Assembly (NCBI GenBank): GCA_964016885.1
Contig: OZ024747.1
Coordinates: 6,820,001 to 6,884,000 of the forward strand
From: Eledone cirrhosa
Taxonomy: Eukaryota
DNA length: 64,000 bases
Direction: 5' to 3'
Part shown: piece by piece, positions 37,337 to 50,349 of the stretch
How the letters are laid out: each line of letters begins with the position of its first letter
How positions within the stretch are numbered: position 1 is the first letter of the stretch
Position numbers and translations under genes: made by a program
Notes under the pieces: generated by a model
The model's database searches: none
What the model was told of the DNA's origin: nothing
Seen by the model: the letters and a program-made list of their open reading frames with translations, nothing else

Positions 37337-38429
37337 GTTATGGAAGAAGTAGCAGCTAAGTCGACACGACAGGAACACACAATAAGGTTAGTAATTTCAG
37401 TTTGGTCCAGATCAAGTGAACAGACTTAGCTCGAGAGAATGTGTGCTTGTTTGTTATCAAGCCCCAGGACAACTCTGAGCAGATCTATAATCAAAGGCAT
37501 TTTACAGGCAACCATCCCGACATTTTTGTATATCAGATACTGTATTGTCCAACTGTATTGTTCAATGTATTCCATACTATATTGTCCAATGTATTTTTTA
37601 TTTAATATGGTACGGTGTAATTTGAGAAAGATTTTGCTGCAGTTGTCTTTAGTATTGTTTCCGATGGTAAAGTATTAGTGACAGACAGAGCACTGGACTT
37701 AAAATTGCGTCACGGTACTTAACCGCAACTGTCTACGCTGATCTTACCAAGATATAAATATAATGTACCAGAAATATAAATACGTTAGTGGGTTCTATCT
37801 GAGTTATAACTTAGCCTTATTAATTTATGGTCCTGCGCCAGTGTAAGAGATTAACATATAGTTCGGCTGTAGAGCAGAATATGTGAACAAAATAAATATA
37901 TATTGATCAAGCATTCGAATAGTAACCTTAACTTTAACCCTAATTAATCTTTTTTTTAATCAATCACGAGAATAATATTCTTTCACTTTCTCTAATGAAA
38001 CTAAGTTGAATATAAATATAAGTATATAAAAATTCTTTGCGTCTGAAATGAAATTTTAGTCCTTAAAAAAAAAACTAAAGCAACAGTTCAAATTCTGTTG
38101 AAAAGTTCTTTCAGTATTTCTTACCATTTTCAATTCAAATGATAACCAGGCACATAAATATAAATGTATAAATATATTAATATATTTCGTTTGCATTTGA
38201 TGGGTAAAACTATAGATTTGCAATGGCATTTTTATCATAAAAATTCAAAGAATTGCATTCCAAATTTTCAGATTGTGAAACAGTACAATATTAATATGTT
38301 AATTATTAATACACCTTATTTTGTTCTCTATATATTTTGTTATATAATAATCTGTTGTTAATCCTCGTGTTACCAACTCTAACCTCGTCTTTTAGTTATC
38401 CAAGATGATAGTTTTTTGTTTCATGGATG

Positions 38430-39130
38430 TTTCCAGCTGGTTACTCGACTACATAGTAGCTCCCCAATTTCACCATTTCACGGCGGTTCTTTGCCCTCAT
38501 GCTTGCATGTGCTGGATGATTCTTCTTCAGTGGTTATCTTCGTGAAGTTCAGCCTTCTGAGATCAGCTTTCATCACTCTCCATATCTTCTTTCGCAGTTC
38601 CTCCCACTTGTTATTTTTCATACGCATCACATGTCCGAACCAGTTCACTATTTACTTTTGCACACTACATCACTCCGTAATCTTTCGGTTTTTATGGGGT
38701 TTTTTGTAAGGGAGGAAGTTTCTTCAGATTTCTGCATTTGAACCACTGCAAAAAATAAGTCAATAATAATAAATATAAAATGTTTTCCGAAATTTTAATC
38801 TTTCAAACCCCGCCCCTTTCACATTCAGACAACCTGAAACTCTTTCCCCTCTTTTTTTTTCTGTTATCTAACTTATACTATGTCGTTCTTGCACACTAAC
38901 ATGTCTCCCCAGTCTTCGTATATTTTCTTTATTTAATTGCTCACGATATACTATCTTGCAGTATTGCACCTCCTGCAATCTACCTTTTGCTTGCAACCAG
39001 GGATAATAAACTCTCAGAAATGTTTCCATTTCTTTCTTATTCTGGTCACTCTATAATTTTTCACAACATCCTCCTCCACTACTAATTAGGTCACCTAAGT
39101 AACGGAAACTAAGCCACCAACAACTTATAG
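38430..39130 (-). mobile_element. Degraded RTE-clade LINE remnant
   Basis: Minus-strand pieces FRYLGDLISSGGGC, WKHF.EF and WFGHVMRM, in the expected order. Confidence 0.6.
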
Positions 39131-40348
39131 TGAGTCCAGCAAGCATTTAAAATAGTTTATATAATAGGTTACTTACTCATGTACATCATTTGCTACATAC
39201 GAAGTCCTTCTCTGGCAGGCTATCTGGGTATTCGATTGCGCTTCTTGTAAACCCATATATTTATTGAGTACACCGTATGGAATTTCCACCTATTCATTCT
39301 CATCTGTAACTCTGTTCCCTGTGTTAGACTGTCACCAACTACAAACGTTGGTTTTATGATATACTATTGTGTTTGTATGTATGAGTATAAAAAAAAGTTA
39401 CCGCTCCTACATCGCAGTTGAACAGTTGACAATAGAAATGAGAAACCGACCATTTAACGTTGCTCCATTCAAGATGCGAAACTAAGTTAGGATTGGTGAA
39501 AGTGCGTCGATTCGTTAAACGTGTAGAAAGTATTAGACGAAATTTTAGTCATGAAACTCTATACTGTTGACAATGTAACTAGTGGCCAATGCGTACAAAT
39601 GAGAAAATAAATATAAATGTGTGACTGTCAGTGAACTAGTCATACAATACAGGTCCAAACACTCTATTATAAATTGTATGTATGTAAGGAGTGAACTAGT
39701 GCCTGGATTCAACCATCATGTTTTAGGTATATAACATGGCGGAGGTAATGAAATGAAAATGAATAAACAGATTTTTTTTTGTTTTGTTTAATCCATAAAC
39801 TAAAAGAAAACGGTTACATAGGGAATCCACTACAGGAATGTATGAAGATGTTATGTTTGTGCATTCACAAGTTATCTGGTGAATATCTCGGAGAAATCAG
39901 TCCCTTTTAATAAGATCTTCAATATGTTTTCCTCCACGATTGTTACAGGTGCTTCCACAACACTTTCCGCCATTTCTTCAATATATAAATAATTCAATGA
40001 AAAAAAAAGTAATTTTCAATGACGATCTTCATTTCGTTTCAGTGTGTCATTTGTTTTTCCTTTCTCTTTAATTCATTTTCCTTTTATAGCATGCTATTTT
40101 ATATACCTAAAGCGAAACGCCCCCAATTTAAGAATGTAAGTGCACCTGTACAGACATTGATAACAACATTGTTTGAAATCCTTATTTATTATCAGACACT
40201 GAAGTAGAATTGATTAAATTGACCCTAGTATTGGACTGGTACTTTATTTTGTTGCACCAGGAAACATGAAAGGTAAATTCGACCTCGGCAGGAGTTTGAA
40301 TTCTGACTGTAGAGGTGAAGCTAATAAACACTGCGAGGCATTTTGTCC

Positions 40349-41114
40349 ACGGGGTCGATAAAATAAAGTACCAGTAATGAACTGAGTAATCTTTGGCCTT
40401 GTGCCTAAAGTAGAAACAATTATTGAAACTAGTGGATTGGCAGTATCAGTAGAGGGTCGGACGCCATGCTTTCCAGCAGAGTTACGTCCCTTTACGATCT
40501 GAGTTCAAATCCCGCCGAGGTTGACTTTGCCTTTCATTCTTACGGGGTCGATAAAATAAAGTACCAGTAATGCACTGGGTAATTGCTGGCCTTGTGCCTA
40601 AAGTAGAGACAATTATTGAAACTATTAGGGCGGTGGATTGGCAGTATCGGTAGAGGGTCGGTCGCCATGCTTTGACGCATAGTGTTACGGCCCTTGCCAT
40701 TCCGAGGTTAAATCCCTCCGAGGTTAACTTTGCCTTTCATCCTTACGGGGTCGATAAAATAAAGTACCAGTAATGTATTTGCTGGCTTTGTGCCTAAAAG
40801 TAGAAACAATTATTGAAACTAATAACGCGGTGTATTGGCAGTATCGGTAGAGGGTCGGTCGCCATGCTTTGCAGCACAGTTACGTCCCTTTACGGACTGA
40901 GTTCAAATCCCGCCGAGGTTAACTTTGCCTTTCATCCTTACGGAGTCGATAAAATAAAGTATCAGTAATACACTGGGATAATTGCTGGCCTTGTGCCAAA
41001 AGTAGAAACAATTATTGAAACTAATAATTGTTTCTACTTTAGGCACAAGGCCAGCAAATCTCCAGTACATTACTGGTACTTTATTTTATCGACCCCGTAA
41101 GGATGAAAAGCAAA
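40349..41114 (+). mobile_element. Head-to-tail array of dominant SINE copies (1 partial and 3 full) closed by an inverted partial copy
   Basis: Units at 40349, 40432, 40625 and 40822, each followed by GAAACTA (40425, 40618, 40815, 41017). Inverted copy at 41023-41114. Confidence 0.92.
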
Positions 41115-43324
41115 GGTGATTCAACCTGTTATAATTAGCAGTCAAATTCCCTTCAAATGTTACCCCCCCCCCCCTCCTACTATAAAAACTTATCTTTATA
41201 CAATCCTGCATATGCATGGATGGGGCCATAGTGACGACATTCGACATGTCTTGGACATTTAAAAACCTGTTGGAGCCCATCTCCCCTCCAGGTTTGAACA
41301 TTGCCGATTTCTTCCAGAGAAGGAGAGAGTGAATGTGTGTGTGTGTGCTAGCGAGGAAGAATCCACTTCAGTATTGGACTGTTATTTTGTTTATCGACAT
41401 AGAAAGGTTGAAAGTTCAAGTTGACCTCGGTGGGGTTTGACCTTAGAGCACTGAGAACTAGGACAAATACTGCAAAGCTCCTTTGGCTGCAGGTTTGCAA
41501 TGTGTGCTCATATCTCTATATACAGGCATACATATGTGCATTTATCTGTATATGTGTATATTTATTTATAAAGTGTACGTGCAAATAACTAGCTGGCCAG
41601 ATACTCAGTATAACATATATGAACAAATGTATAGACTTGTGTATTCATTACATAGACACTGTTACATAAAAAGGAAGACATTCATGAACATAGCCACATA
41701 GAAAGAGAATTAGAAATATATATATTAACTATAGATTTCAGTTGAATAGATTACCATTTAAATCTACTAGGTATTTCTACTTGACTTATTTTCTCTTCAT
41801 ATTCCTTTATTTAACACTTTACACATACATGTCCACATTCATGAGTTTTATGACTAACGCCACTCCCTCCTCATGTTCTTTTTATAGCTTCTCTTTTGAC
41901 AGTAAGTAGTTGGTTAGAAGGAGGGCATCCAAGCGTGAAGAAAGCTCTTCTTCAATTATCCACTCTGATACTCACATCGAGAAAAAGAAAAAAATTCTCA
42001 TACGCTGTATGCCATGATAGAAAGTGACCAAGCTAATACCACTTACTGCCACCAACTAAGCACATTTGAGATTATGCCAAATGTTGCCAGGCAAAAGAAC
42101 ACACATACAACGATCATCATCATCATCATCATAACCCAAAACATCCATAATCATGTTTATATTTTCTTCGTGTGTGTGTTTACATTTTGTCATTTTTATC
42201 GTTTATATCACATCTACAATACTAACATACAATTACAAAAAAAAAACCTTTGTTTTTTTTTTTATATTTTCACGCCATGGAAATAATAGAAATAATTTCT
42301 AGCATTGAATAAGCAACAAGATGTTTAAGAATATTCCCAGTGCGATAGAACAGTAAGAACAGGCTATTTTTCCTGCTTACAGTAATGGCTAGCCTTACAG
42401 CTTCCACGATAAGCTTAATTCTCATCATTTGTGGCGAAGTTTTCCAGCTGGATGACCGCCCTGGCGACAATCTGTTTAGTCGTCTCTTACGACATGCTGG
42501 GATACAGTGTATCTATTCTAAACCGGAGAGACACATATCCAGTGTGAATATATATATATACTACATACACATATCCTATTAATATTACAGGAATTATTTT
42601 TGTCTGAAGGTTCGATACTTCTAGTCATGCATGCGAAATAATAAAAGGACTGGACATTTCCGTTCATTTGTCTTTATATATCAACCCATGGCAGAATTAT
42701 GAAAATTGTGATATATACACAGACTTTGAATTAACACATTCCACCTATTCACCACCTTCAGTCCAGCCTTGCTATCTACTATTAACACTAGGTCATCTGC
42801 ATACAGCAACTCCTATGGCAAACCTTTACATTTCAGACCCGTACCTCCACAACTACAAATAATAGTGGGTTTAATGCTGATCCTTTATGTGCTCCAACTA
42901 TCACTTCAAATTCGTCAATGTTCTTGTCTTTCGTACATATTCTCTCATACATTGTCATCACTACTCTAATTAACCACCCCTAACGCTCTCATCACTACTT
43001 TATGTGGAGTTCTTTCGAAAACTTTCTCCAGAACTACGAACCCTTCTTCTTCGCCCACTTATTCCTAGGAGGGTCGTGGGGGAAGAGCCCTCAAGGACGC
43101 CTTCTAGCGAGTCTTGTCAGAAGCAACTGTCTCCAATTAAACCAGCTGTATCTCCAAGCGAGACCAGCCATGGATGTTATCCAACCATCTTGCTCGGAGT
43201 CTAACCCCGGTTCTCCCGTTAGTTTGTTTTTCCTGTAAAACCTGTCCAGCTGACATTCTGACCACGTCTGTAGTGTCGGGACTGATCTCCCACTTCTGAG
43301 AAGTAGCAACTCTACAATCTCAAG

Positions 43325-43620
43325 CAACAAAATCTTCCTCTTGTCCATGTACTTCTTATAATCGCCTTCCAATAAAAATATGCAAGTCATTCCCTTTCCC
43401 TGGCACAAATCCAAACTGCATTTCATAAATCTTCACTTTTTTTCTTATCCTCTTCTTTTACGTTCTTTCCAATACCTTCATTCCATGTTCCGGTAGCTTA
43501 ATTACTTGCCAGTTCAGAGGCTCGCCTTTCCTTTTGACAGATAATAAGATTACTCTCTTCAAAATCCACTGGAATACGGTCTTCTTTCACCACCAACCTA
43601 CATATTTGTGTTATTCTCTT
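43325..43620 (-). mobile_element. RTE-clade LINE RT N-terminal fragment
   Basis: VVKEDRIP.., KGKG, IKLPEHGMKVLER, EMQFGFVPGKG, with frameshifts. Confidence 0.7.
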
Positions 43621-46249
43621 TACACTCCATTTTCTTGTTGCTTTTAATGTATGCCCTACACTTCCTGTCCTACTCTTTATTTTCCTCAGTTATCTCCTCT
43701 GCCTATCCGACAACTGGATTACTCTCTATTGTTACCATCCCATTCATTCTCCACATTCAACAATCTCTTTCACCTTCCCTTATTTTTGCGTGTTGTGAGG
43801 GGGCGATTAAAAGAGTTGGCTCCAGGGTATCCGAGGGGTATCCGGCCATAAAACAATACCCTCAAAGGACCATGATGAATATTAAACAAAAAATTGCTAG
43901 AAACATCGCTTAGTTATGTCGCTTGTATAGTAAAAGTGAGTCGCTTAGTTTATCCTGAAATGTAGGTCATGCATAACACGTGGTAAACAAAGGATGTATT
44001 TCCATTCGAAAGATACGGATGTGTAGGCTATAGTTAAACGTACAGGCTCTATTTGGTCTTGTACCATAACATTAGTAGTAGAGGGAGATAGAAACTAATG
44101 GAAGCTGTGTGGTGATGATACCATATCTGTGATGTATTTATTTAGTGGCTTGCTTTCAGAGGAATGGTGAGAGTAAAGTTGGTAAGTTCTGTTATGATGG
44201 CGTTTTTTTTTTATTTTTTATTAATTATTATTATTGTTGTGAAGTGATAGTCGTAGTCGATTTAACTACTCTGATATATGTAATAAATGAGTGATGGTAG
44301 ATAGGAATGTAGGCAGACGGTGTGGTATTTATTATTAATGTCTGTCTTCCTCTAGAACACTTAGGTATGTGTCAGCTACGGCCTTTTCTCTATTAGTTAA
44401 TGGTCGCTCGAATAGCAGCCGCCACTCCCTTGTCCAACATTAAAAGAGGAAGGAAGGGCCTACACATGGTCGATTGACCTACAAGATGTAAATATCCTAA
44501 TTGCACACCATACCATACCGTTCTTTTAAAAAGGGGGTCATTGGATAAACGCAGTCTTTGGTAAGCTGCTCCTGAGAAAATAAAAAAGATGGTATACTGA
44601 TAGATTGAATGTCTTTCTTCGGGACTTCTCGTCCTGGTTTGACAAAAGAGGGAAGACACATTGGATAATACTGCTCTGAATGTACACTGAGTGAAATAAT
44701 AATAAAAAAAAAACCATGGTCATGGGAATATTTATTACGTCTTCTTGATCGAATCTGACTTGACATTTGCATCTCCTCCCTTCAGATATATATATATATA
44801 TATGTCAATCAATTTCTAGTTTATATATATACACACACAGTGTCCCCCAAAAATGTTTACTCAAAGGCTGTGCATTCTAATAAATATTGCCTGTACAGGT
44901 AATCAGTGTATATACATTTTTTTGGACACCCTGTGAGTGTGTGTGTGTATATATACACATACATACACACATATCAATCTCTCTATCTATCTTCTTATTA
45001 ATAACATTTGTACAATAAAGTAGTAAATTTAGGCACAAACAAGGTTCTCTCAGAAATTTAGACAACAATCTCATGCTGAACTTAACGAAAGTCTTGAATA
45101 ATTTTATAATTTTTAATCTGTACCGTTCACAGATTGAATTTGTTGATCAATGTCACAATAATTATAGCTATATGAACTGAAGTTACTTTATCAAAGTCCA
45201 CACACTAATGAACAAGTCGTGGTCGGTTGTATACTTTGAAACGACAGTTGGGGGTGGGTGACATTCTTTTTGCAAAAATTTAAAGAAAATTTCGGGTATT
45301 ATAAATAAGTATAAAATTTCCGGTGGGTGTAGTTTATTCTGAAAGTTAATAGTTTTACTTTTGTTGTGGCCATAACCACAGTATGTTTGCATATATGGAA
45401 AATAGGCTTTCTTGGAAATAGAGCTCGAGATAAGAAAACGTAAATATCTTCGTCAGGTTTATTTATATACAACGAGGGAACCTATAAACAGTCGGTCGAT
45501 CTGTTAGAAATAGGTAGTCAAATCACCCTCCCTCAAATCATATCCAACACGCGAATCCATTTATTTTCTTCTCTCTTCGCTTCGTTATGTGGTCTTTAGC
45601 ACTTTCCATTTATTTATTTTACTTCTGTTTTGTTACTAATAATTTTTAATTTGAGGAGTATAAAAAGTGATATAGCACACTTTTAAAATTTTGAATATAT
45701 ATACAGTATATTGGTTAATTATATATACAGTATATGTATAATTTAACGTCTATTTTCTATGCTTGCATGGATTAATTCTAGCTCTCACCTTGTGTGACCA
45801 GACATATCAGGTGAGCACGCCTTGCTCATACAATCCATTTTTGGTTTGGTTTTCTACGGTCGGATGATTTATAAACTAAATTCATTACATAGACACAGTC
45901 AGACATTTGGAGAACATAGTTAGGCAACGAAATCGCCCAGTACTTGACTGGTACTTTCAATTCCTGTGGAAAGATGAAAGGCGTAGTTGACTTCGCTAGG
46001 ATTTGAACTCAGAACTTAAATTGTTGGAACAAATACCTCATAGCATATTGTCCAACACTCAAAGATGCTGTTAATCAAATAATTATGTATACAAACTAAA
46101 TGAAAAAGTACTCAATACAAGAAGTAGAGTTTATATATTTTGTTTACATTCCGAAGCTGATATTTCACAAGTTAAACCTAAGGTTTTAGATAATGTGAAG
46201 CTGGTTGTTGTTTAACCATAGGTCAGACCTGATCAAACCATGCTGATCT

Positions 46250-46610
46250 TGGCAGTATCGGTAGAGGGTCGGACGCCATGCTTTCCAGCATAGTTACGTC
46301 CCTTTACGATCTGAGTTCAAATCCCGCCAAGGTTGACTTTGCCTTTCATCCTTACGGGGTCGATAAAATAAAGTACAAGTAATGTACTGGTTAATTGCTG
46401 GCCTTGTGCCTAAAGTAGAAACAATTATTTTGGCAGTATCGGTAGAGGGTTGGACGCCAATTCTTTCTAGCATAGTTGCGTCCCTTTACAGTCCGAGTTC
46501 AAATCCCGCCGAGATTAACTTTGCCTTTCATCCTTACGGGGTCGATAAAATAAAGTACCAGTAATGTACTGGGTAATTGCTGGCTTTGTGTCTAAAGTAG
46601 AAACAATTAT
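46250..46610 (+). mobile_element. Tandem dimer of the dominant SINE, inserted in another SINE
   Basis: Two units starting TGGCAGTATCGGTAGAGG at 46250 and 46431. Confidence 0.88.
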
Positions 46611-48891
46611 CTCATGTGTCCTTTTTTTTTAAATTTAAAATGATGAAGTGTGGTTTGACGGAGATTTGGCTGCTATTTCTAGCAGGTCGATTTATATAGG
46701 ATGGTGTTGCGCACTGCCAACTGGTCTCATTGTCACTAATTCAATATGTGTAACAGAATTTGACCTATTACCTTGACAACGAGCTGTGACTTAAAAGGTT
46801 TTAATTACTGAACACCAGCATAACGTGTTGGTGCAGGCTTCTCTTCTGTTTCTATAGCAAATAGGGAATGTTTCACACACTAAATGTTAACTGAAAGGCA
46901 GCGAAAAGTTCATTGATTTTTAATCATTAGATAGAGACAGAAATGGTATTTATCAGGTTTCCTCTAAAGTGCTTAAACACTCTTTAAAAACAGCTCCTAA
47001 CCCATTCGTTAACATATTTCTAATAAAAACACTGTTTATAATTTTAAATCATCTTAAAAATAATGAACAATTTATAGTGGTTTAATAATATAACTAACTT
47101 GCTCATTAAGTTGATGTGTGAAACATAACAAAGGTTCTTACATAAAATTCTGATATCAAAAGGGTTAATGCCAACTGCCCATTGCTGATTTCTTTAAGAA
47201 TTATTGAGGATAGACACAATGTCATTGACTACACTGCAACATTAGCAATCGTTCTTCTCATGAAGGCACTACCAGAATCACAAAATGAGTTAACAAGTGA
47301 TGGTGGTGGTAATGCTGTTACTGTAGTGATTATCATTGTAATGCATGAATAACTTCAGATTAAACATGTATAGTACTGTTTCAATTTGAAGTGAATGTGT
47401 GTGTCTAGTCACAAAATGTGACAACTTGCCTAATCCCTGCAAGCATGGAAAATAGATGAAAAATGGTGGTGATGACTATATATATATTTGTGTGACACCT
47501 ACAACTTGTTGGCTGGAACTAATAAAAGAGTAGAATAGACATAGTGTGTGTGTTTCTATACACACATATGTCTGTCTACTCACAACTATAATTACATGTT
47601 CAATCTGTGTTCATGATCCCTTGGATAAATGTCTTCTACCGTGGCTTCAGGTTAATCAATGCTTTGTGTGTAATATTTGAAATATGGAAACTATGCAGAA
47701 ACCTGTGAGTAGATGACAAATTATTGTTTAGCAAAAATACCTTGTGGTATTCAGTTAGATAAGTTTCATGCTTAGTGATACAACAGAGATCAATAATATA
47801 GGTACTGGGTAAAGAACTGACATAAAATTGATTAAAATCCTTGAGGACAGTCCATCAGCATAGCTGCAGACCTGGTAAAATGAATATTGTATATTATTTA
47901 TATAGGGATTAAACCTGTTATGGTCACTGCAGTTTTAAGTGTCCATCATAACACAATTACTTCATATTTAGTAGCTACATTGTTGTGAAATTCTACAAAC
48001 ATTACAGTATTCTAGATAATACATACATGTGTGATTGTATGTACATTTGTTTAAATTTAATATTTCACCTTGAGCAATGTGTTGTTCACTTCAAAAGGAC
48101 ACATTACTCTGCCTACTTCATAGTTGTGTGTGTCGTGTTTGTTTAGCCTGAGATGTGGGTATCTAGCTATCAAAACATTTCGCTGAAATACTTCATGGAA
48201 GTATCAACATTTCTAGAATTGCCAATTAATTCCTATATCAACCTACCTGTGCCCTCTTTTGGTTTTGACACAAAACCATGTTTCAAAATGTGTATATTGA
48301 AATTAAAACATTCCATTATAATTTGAGCTAAGAATTTATGTTCCAAGCAATAATTTAATAATGAAAATGTTATGTTACTAAATCCTTCCAAATTCTTCAT
48401 TATTTTCAAAAATAATCGAAACGCATGCAGTATATGTCAGGGAATATGGTCGTGAAAGGGTTAAACAAGTTTATATATAAATTTCGTTTTTTTTTTTTTT
48501 GTTCTTTATTGTTTATTTATGCTGCTTGTAAATAGTTATTATAGATTTTATCTTCTTTATTTTAGGTCATTACTCTGTATTGAATAAGGAAGTATGAGCT
48601 GCTTATGAACCCATTCAACTCTGATTTTGAGGTCCCATAGATAATGGAAGACAAATATATCATGGAATATATATAATACTGTTCAATAATTTAAAGTTTT
48701 TTGTTCAAAACATAATTCTTATTTAGAAATATTTATCTTAATTCCCATTAATGTCCTATCTTGTATATCTTGGAGTTATCCTCTAGATCACAGATTGTCT
48801 GATTGAAGCAATATAATATATATTATTAATATTGAACGAAACATTGTAACTATTGCCTCTTGTGAATGACTGGCTATATAGGAAAAAAATC

Positions 48892-50349
48892 ATGGAAAAT
48901 GAAATAAAGTTTGAGCTAGGGGATGAAATAAAAATTAAATTGGAAAACAAAACAGAGATTGTAACAAAGGCTGAACCAGAGTACAAAGCAAGATTTGAGT
49001 TGGAAAATGAAACGTGTTTTGTGCTAGAGAACGAAACTACGGGAAATGAATCAAAGATTGAACTAGAGAACAAAGCAAGGTTTGAGCTGGAAAATGAAAC
49101 AAATATTGAGCCAGAGAGTGAGGTAAGATTTGAGCCGGAGAATGAGGCAAAATTTGAACCAGAAAATGAAGCAGGATTTGAGTCAGAGAACGAGGCAAAA
49201 TTTGAGCCAGAGAATGAAACAAAAATTGAGCCGGAGAATGAAACAATGACAGAACTGGAGAATGAAACAAAAATTGAGCCAAGGGACGAAACATTGGTTG
49301 AATATGGGAATGAAACAAAAATTGAACCTAGTTATGTTATCACTGAAAATGTTCTGGGCCAAGGAAGTTCATACGAAGTGAATGTGATTGATGAGAAACC
49401 TCTCCTTTGTGACTTCTGTGGTGAACCATTTGACATTTATATCAATCTATCAGCACACAGACAGCTACACACAGGCGGTAGACCATTCCATTGTGAAATT
49501 TGTGATAAGAACTTTTCTACTTATGACAGTCTTTCTAGACATATACGGATACACACTGGGATAAGGCCTTATGTTTGTGAAATTTGCAACAAAACATTTT
49601 CAGAAAGCAGTCACCTGTATAAGCACCATCTTGTACATACAGGTGAGAAACCTTATCATTGTGATATTTGTGGGAAAGCATTTTCTCAAAGTGGTACTTT
49701 ATGCCGCCACAGACTAATACATACTGGAGAGAAACCATATCGTTGTGAGACATGTGGTAAATCATTTTCTCGAAACAGTCATTTATCTACCCACAGGTGG
49801 ATACATACAGGAGATAAACCATTTTACTGTGAAGCATGTGGGAAATCTTTCTCAACTAATTCGGCATTATTGGCACATAAACGAACACACACAGGAGAAA
49901 AGCCTTTCCGTTGCGAAACTTGTGACAAAACATTTTCAACTAATTTTGCATTATCATTGCATATACGAGTACACACAGGAGAGAGACCGTATCATTGTGA
50001 AATTTGTGATAAATCATTTTCAACAAATTCTACCTTATCTTCTCATCGGCGAACACACACTGGAGAAAAACCTTACCACTGCGATACGTGTGATAAATCC
50101 TTTTCAACAAGTTTTGCATTATCTTTACATAGACGAGTTCACACTGGGGAAAGACCGTACCATTGTGATCTTTGTCCTAAAACATTTTCCACCAATTCTA
50201 CCTTATCTTCACATAAACGGACACACACTGGAGAAAAACCTTTCCACTGTGAGATCTGTGGTAATTCATTTGGTCAAAAATACACCCTATCTGTTCACAA
50301 ACAGATCCACAGTAGAGAAAACAATAATTATTGTGAAATGGTAGAATGA
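48892..50349 (+). CDS. C2H2 zinc-finger protein, 11 fingers, acidic 8-aa-repeat N-terminus (485 aa from the first ATG)
   Basis: ATG at 48892 (the ORF track starts at an upstream TTG), 11 CxxC-x12-HxxxH units with TGEKP-type linkers, no interruptions. Possible upstream non-coding exon at 48566-48591. Confidence 0.94.
   Translation: MENEIKFELGDEIKIKLENKTEIVTKAEPEYKARFELENETCFVLENETTGNESKIELENKARFELENETNIEPESEVRFEPENEAKFEPENEAGFESENEAKFEPENETKIEPENETMTELENETKIEPRDETLVEYGNETKIEPSYVITENVLGQGSSYEVNVIDEKPLLCDFCGEPFDIYINLSAHRQLHTGGRPFHCEICDKNFSTYDSLSRHIRIHTGIRPYVCEICNKTFSESSHLYKHHLVHTGEKPYHCDICGKAFSQSGTLCRHRLIHTGEKPYRCETCGKSFSRNSHLSTHRWIHTGDKPFYCEACGKSFSTNSALLAHKRTHTGEKPFRCETCDKTFSTNFALSLHIRVHTGERPYHCEICDKSFSTNSTLSSHRRTHTGEKPYHCDTCDKSFSTSFALSLHRRVHTGERPYHCDLCPKTFSTNSTLSSHKRTHTGEKPFHCEICGNSFGQKYTLSVHKQIHSRENNNYCEMVE

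Noticed and set aside
40349-41114. CRISPR array interpretation of the constant-linker array
   Set aside because: The long units are homologous SINEs and the constant part is only about 7 nt. Kept as a retrotransposition finding instead.
42270-42582. GC-richer stretch with short ORFs and a possible acceptor
   Set aside because: No recognisable domain or partner exons.
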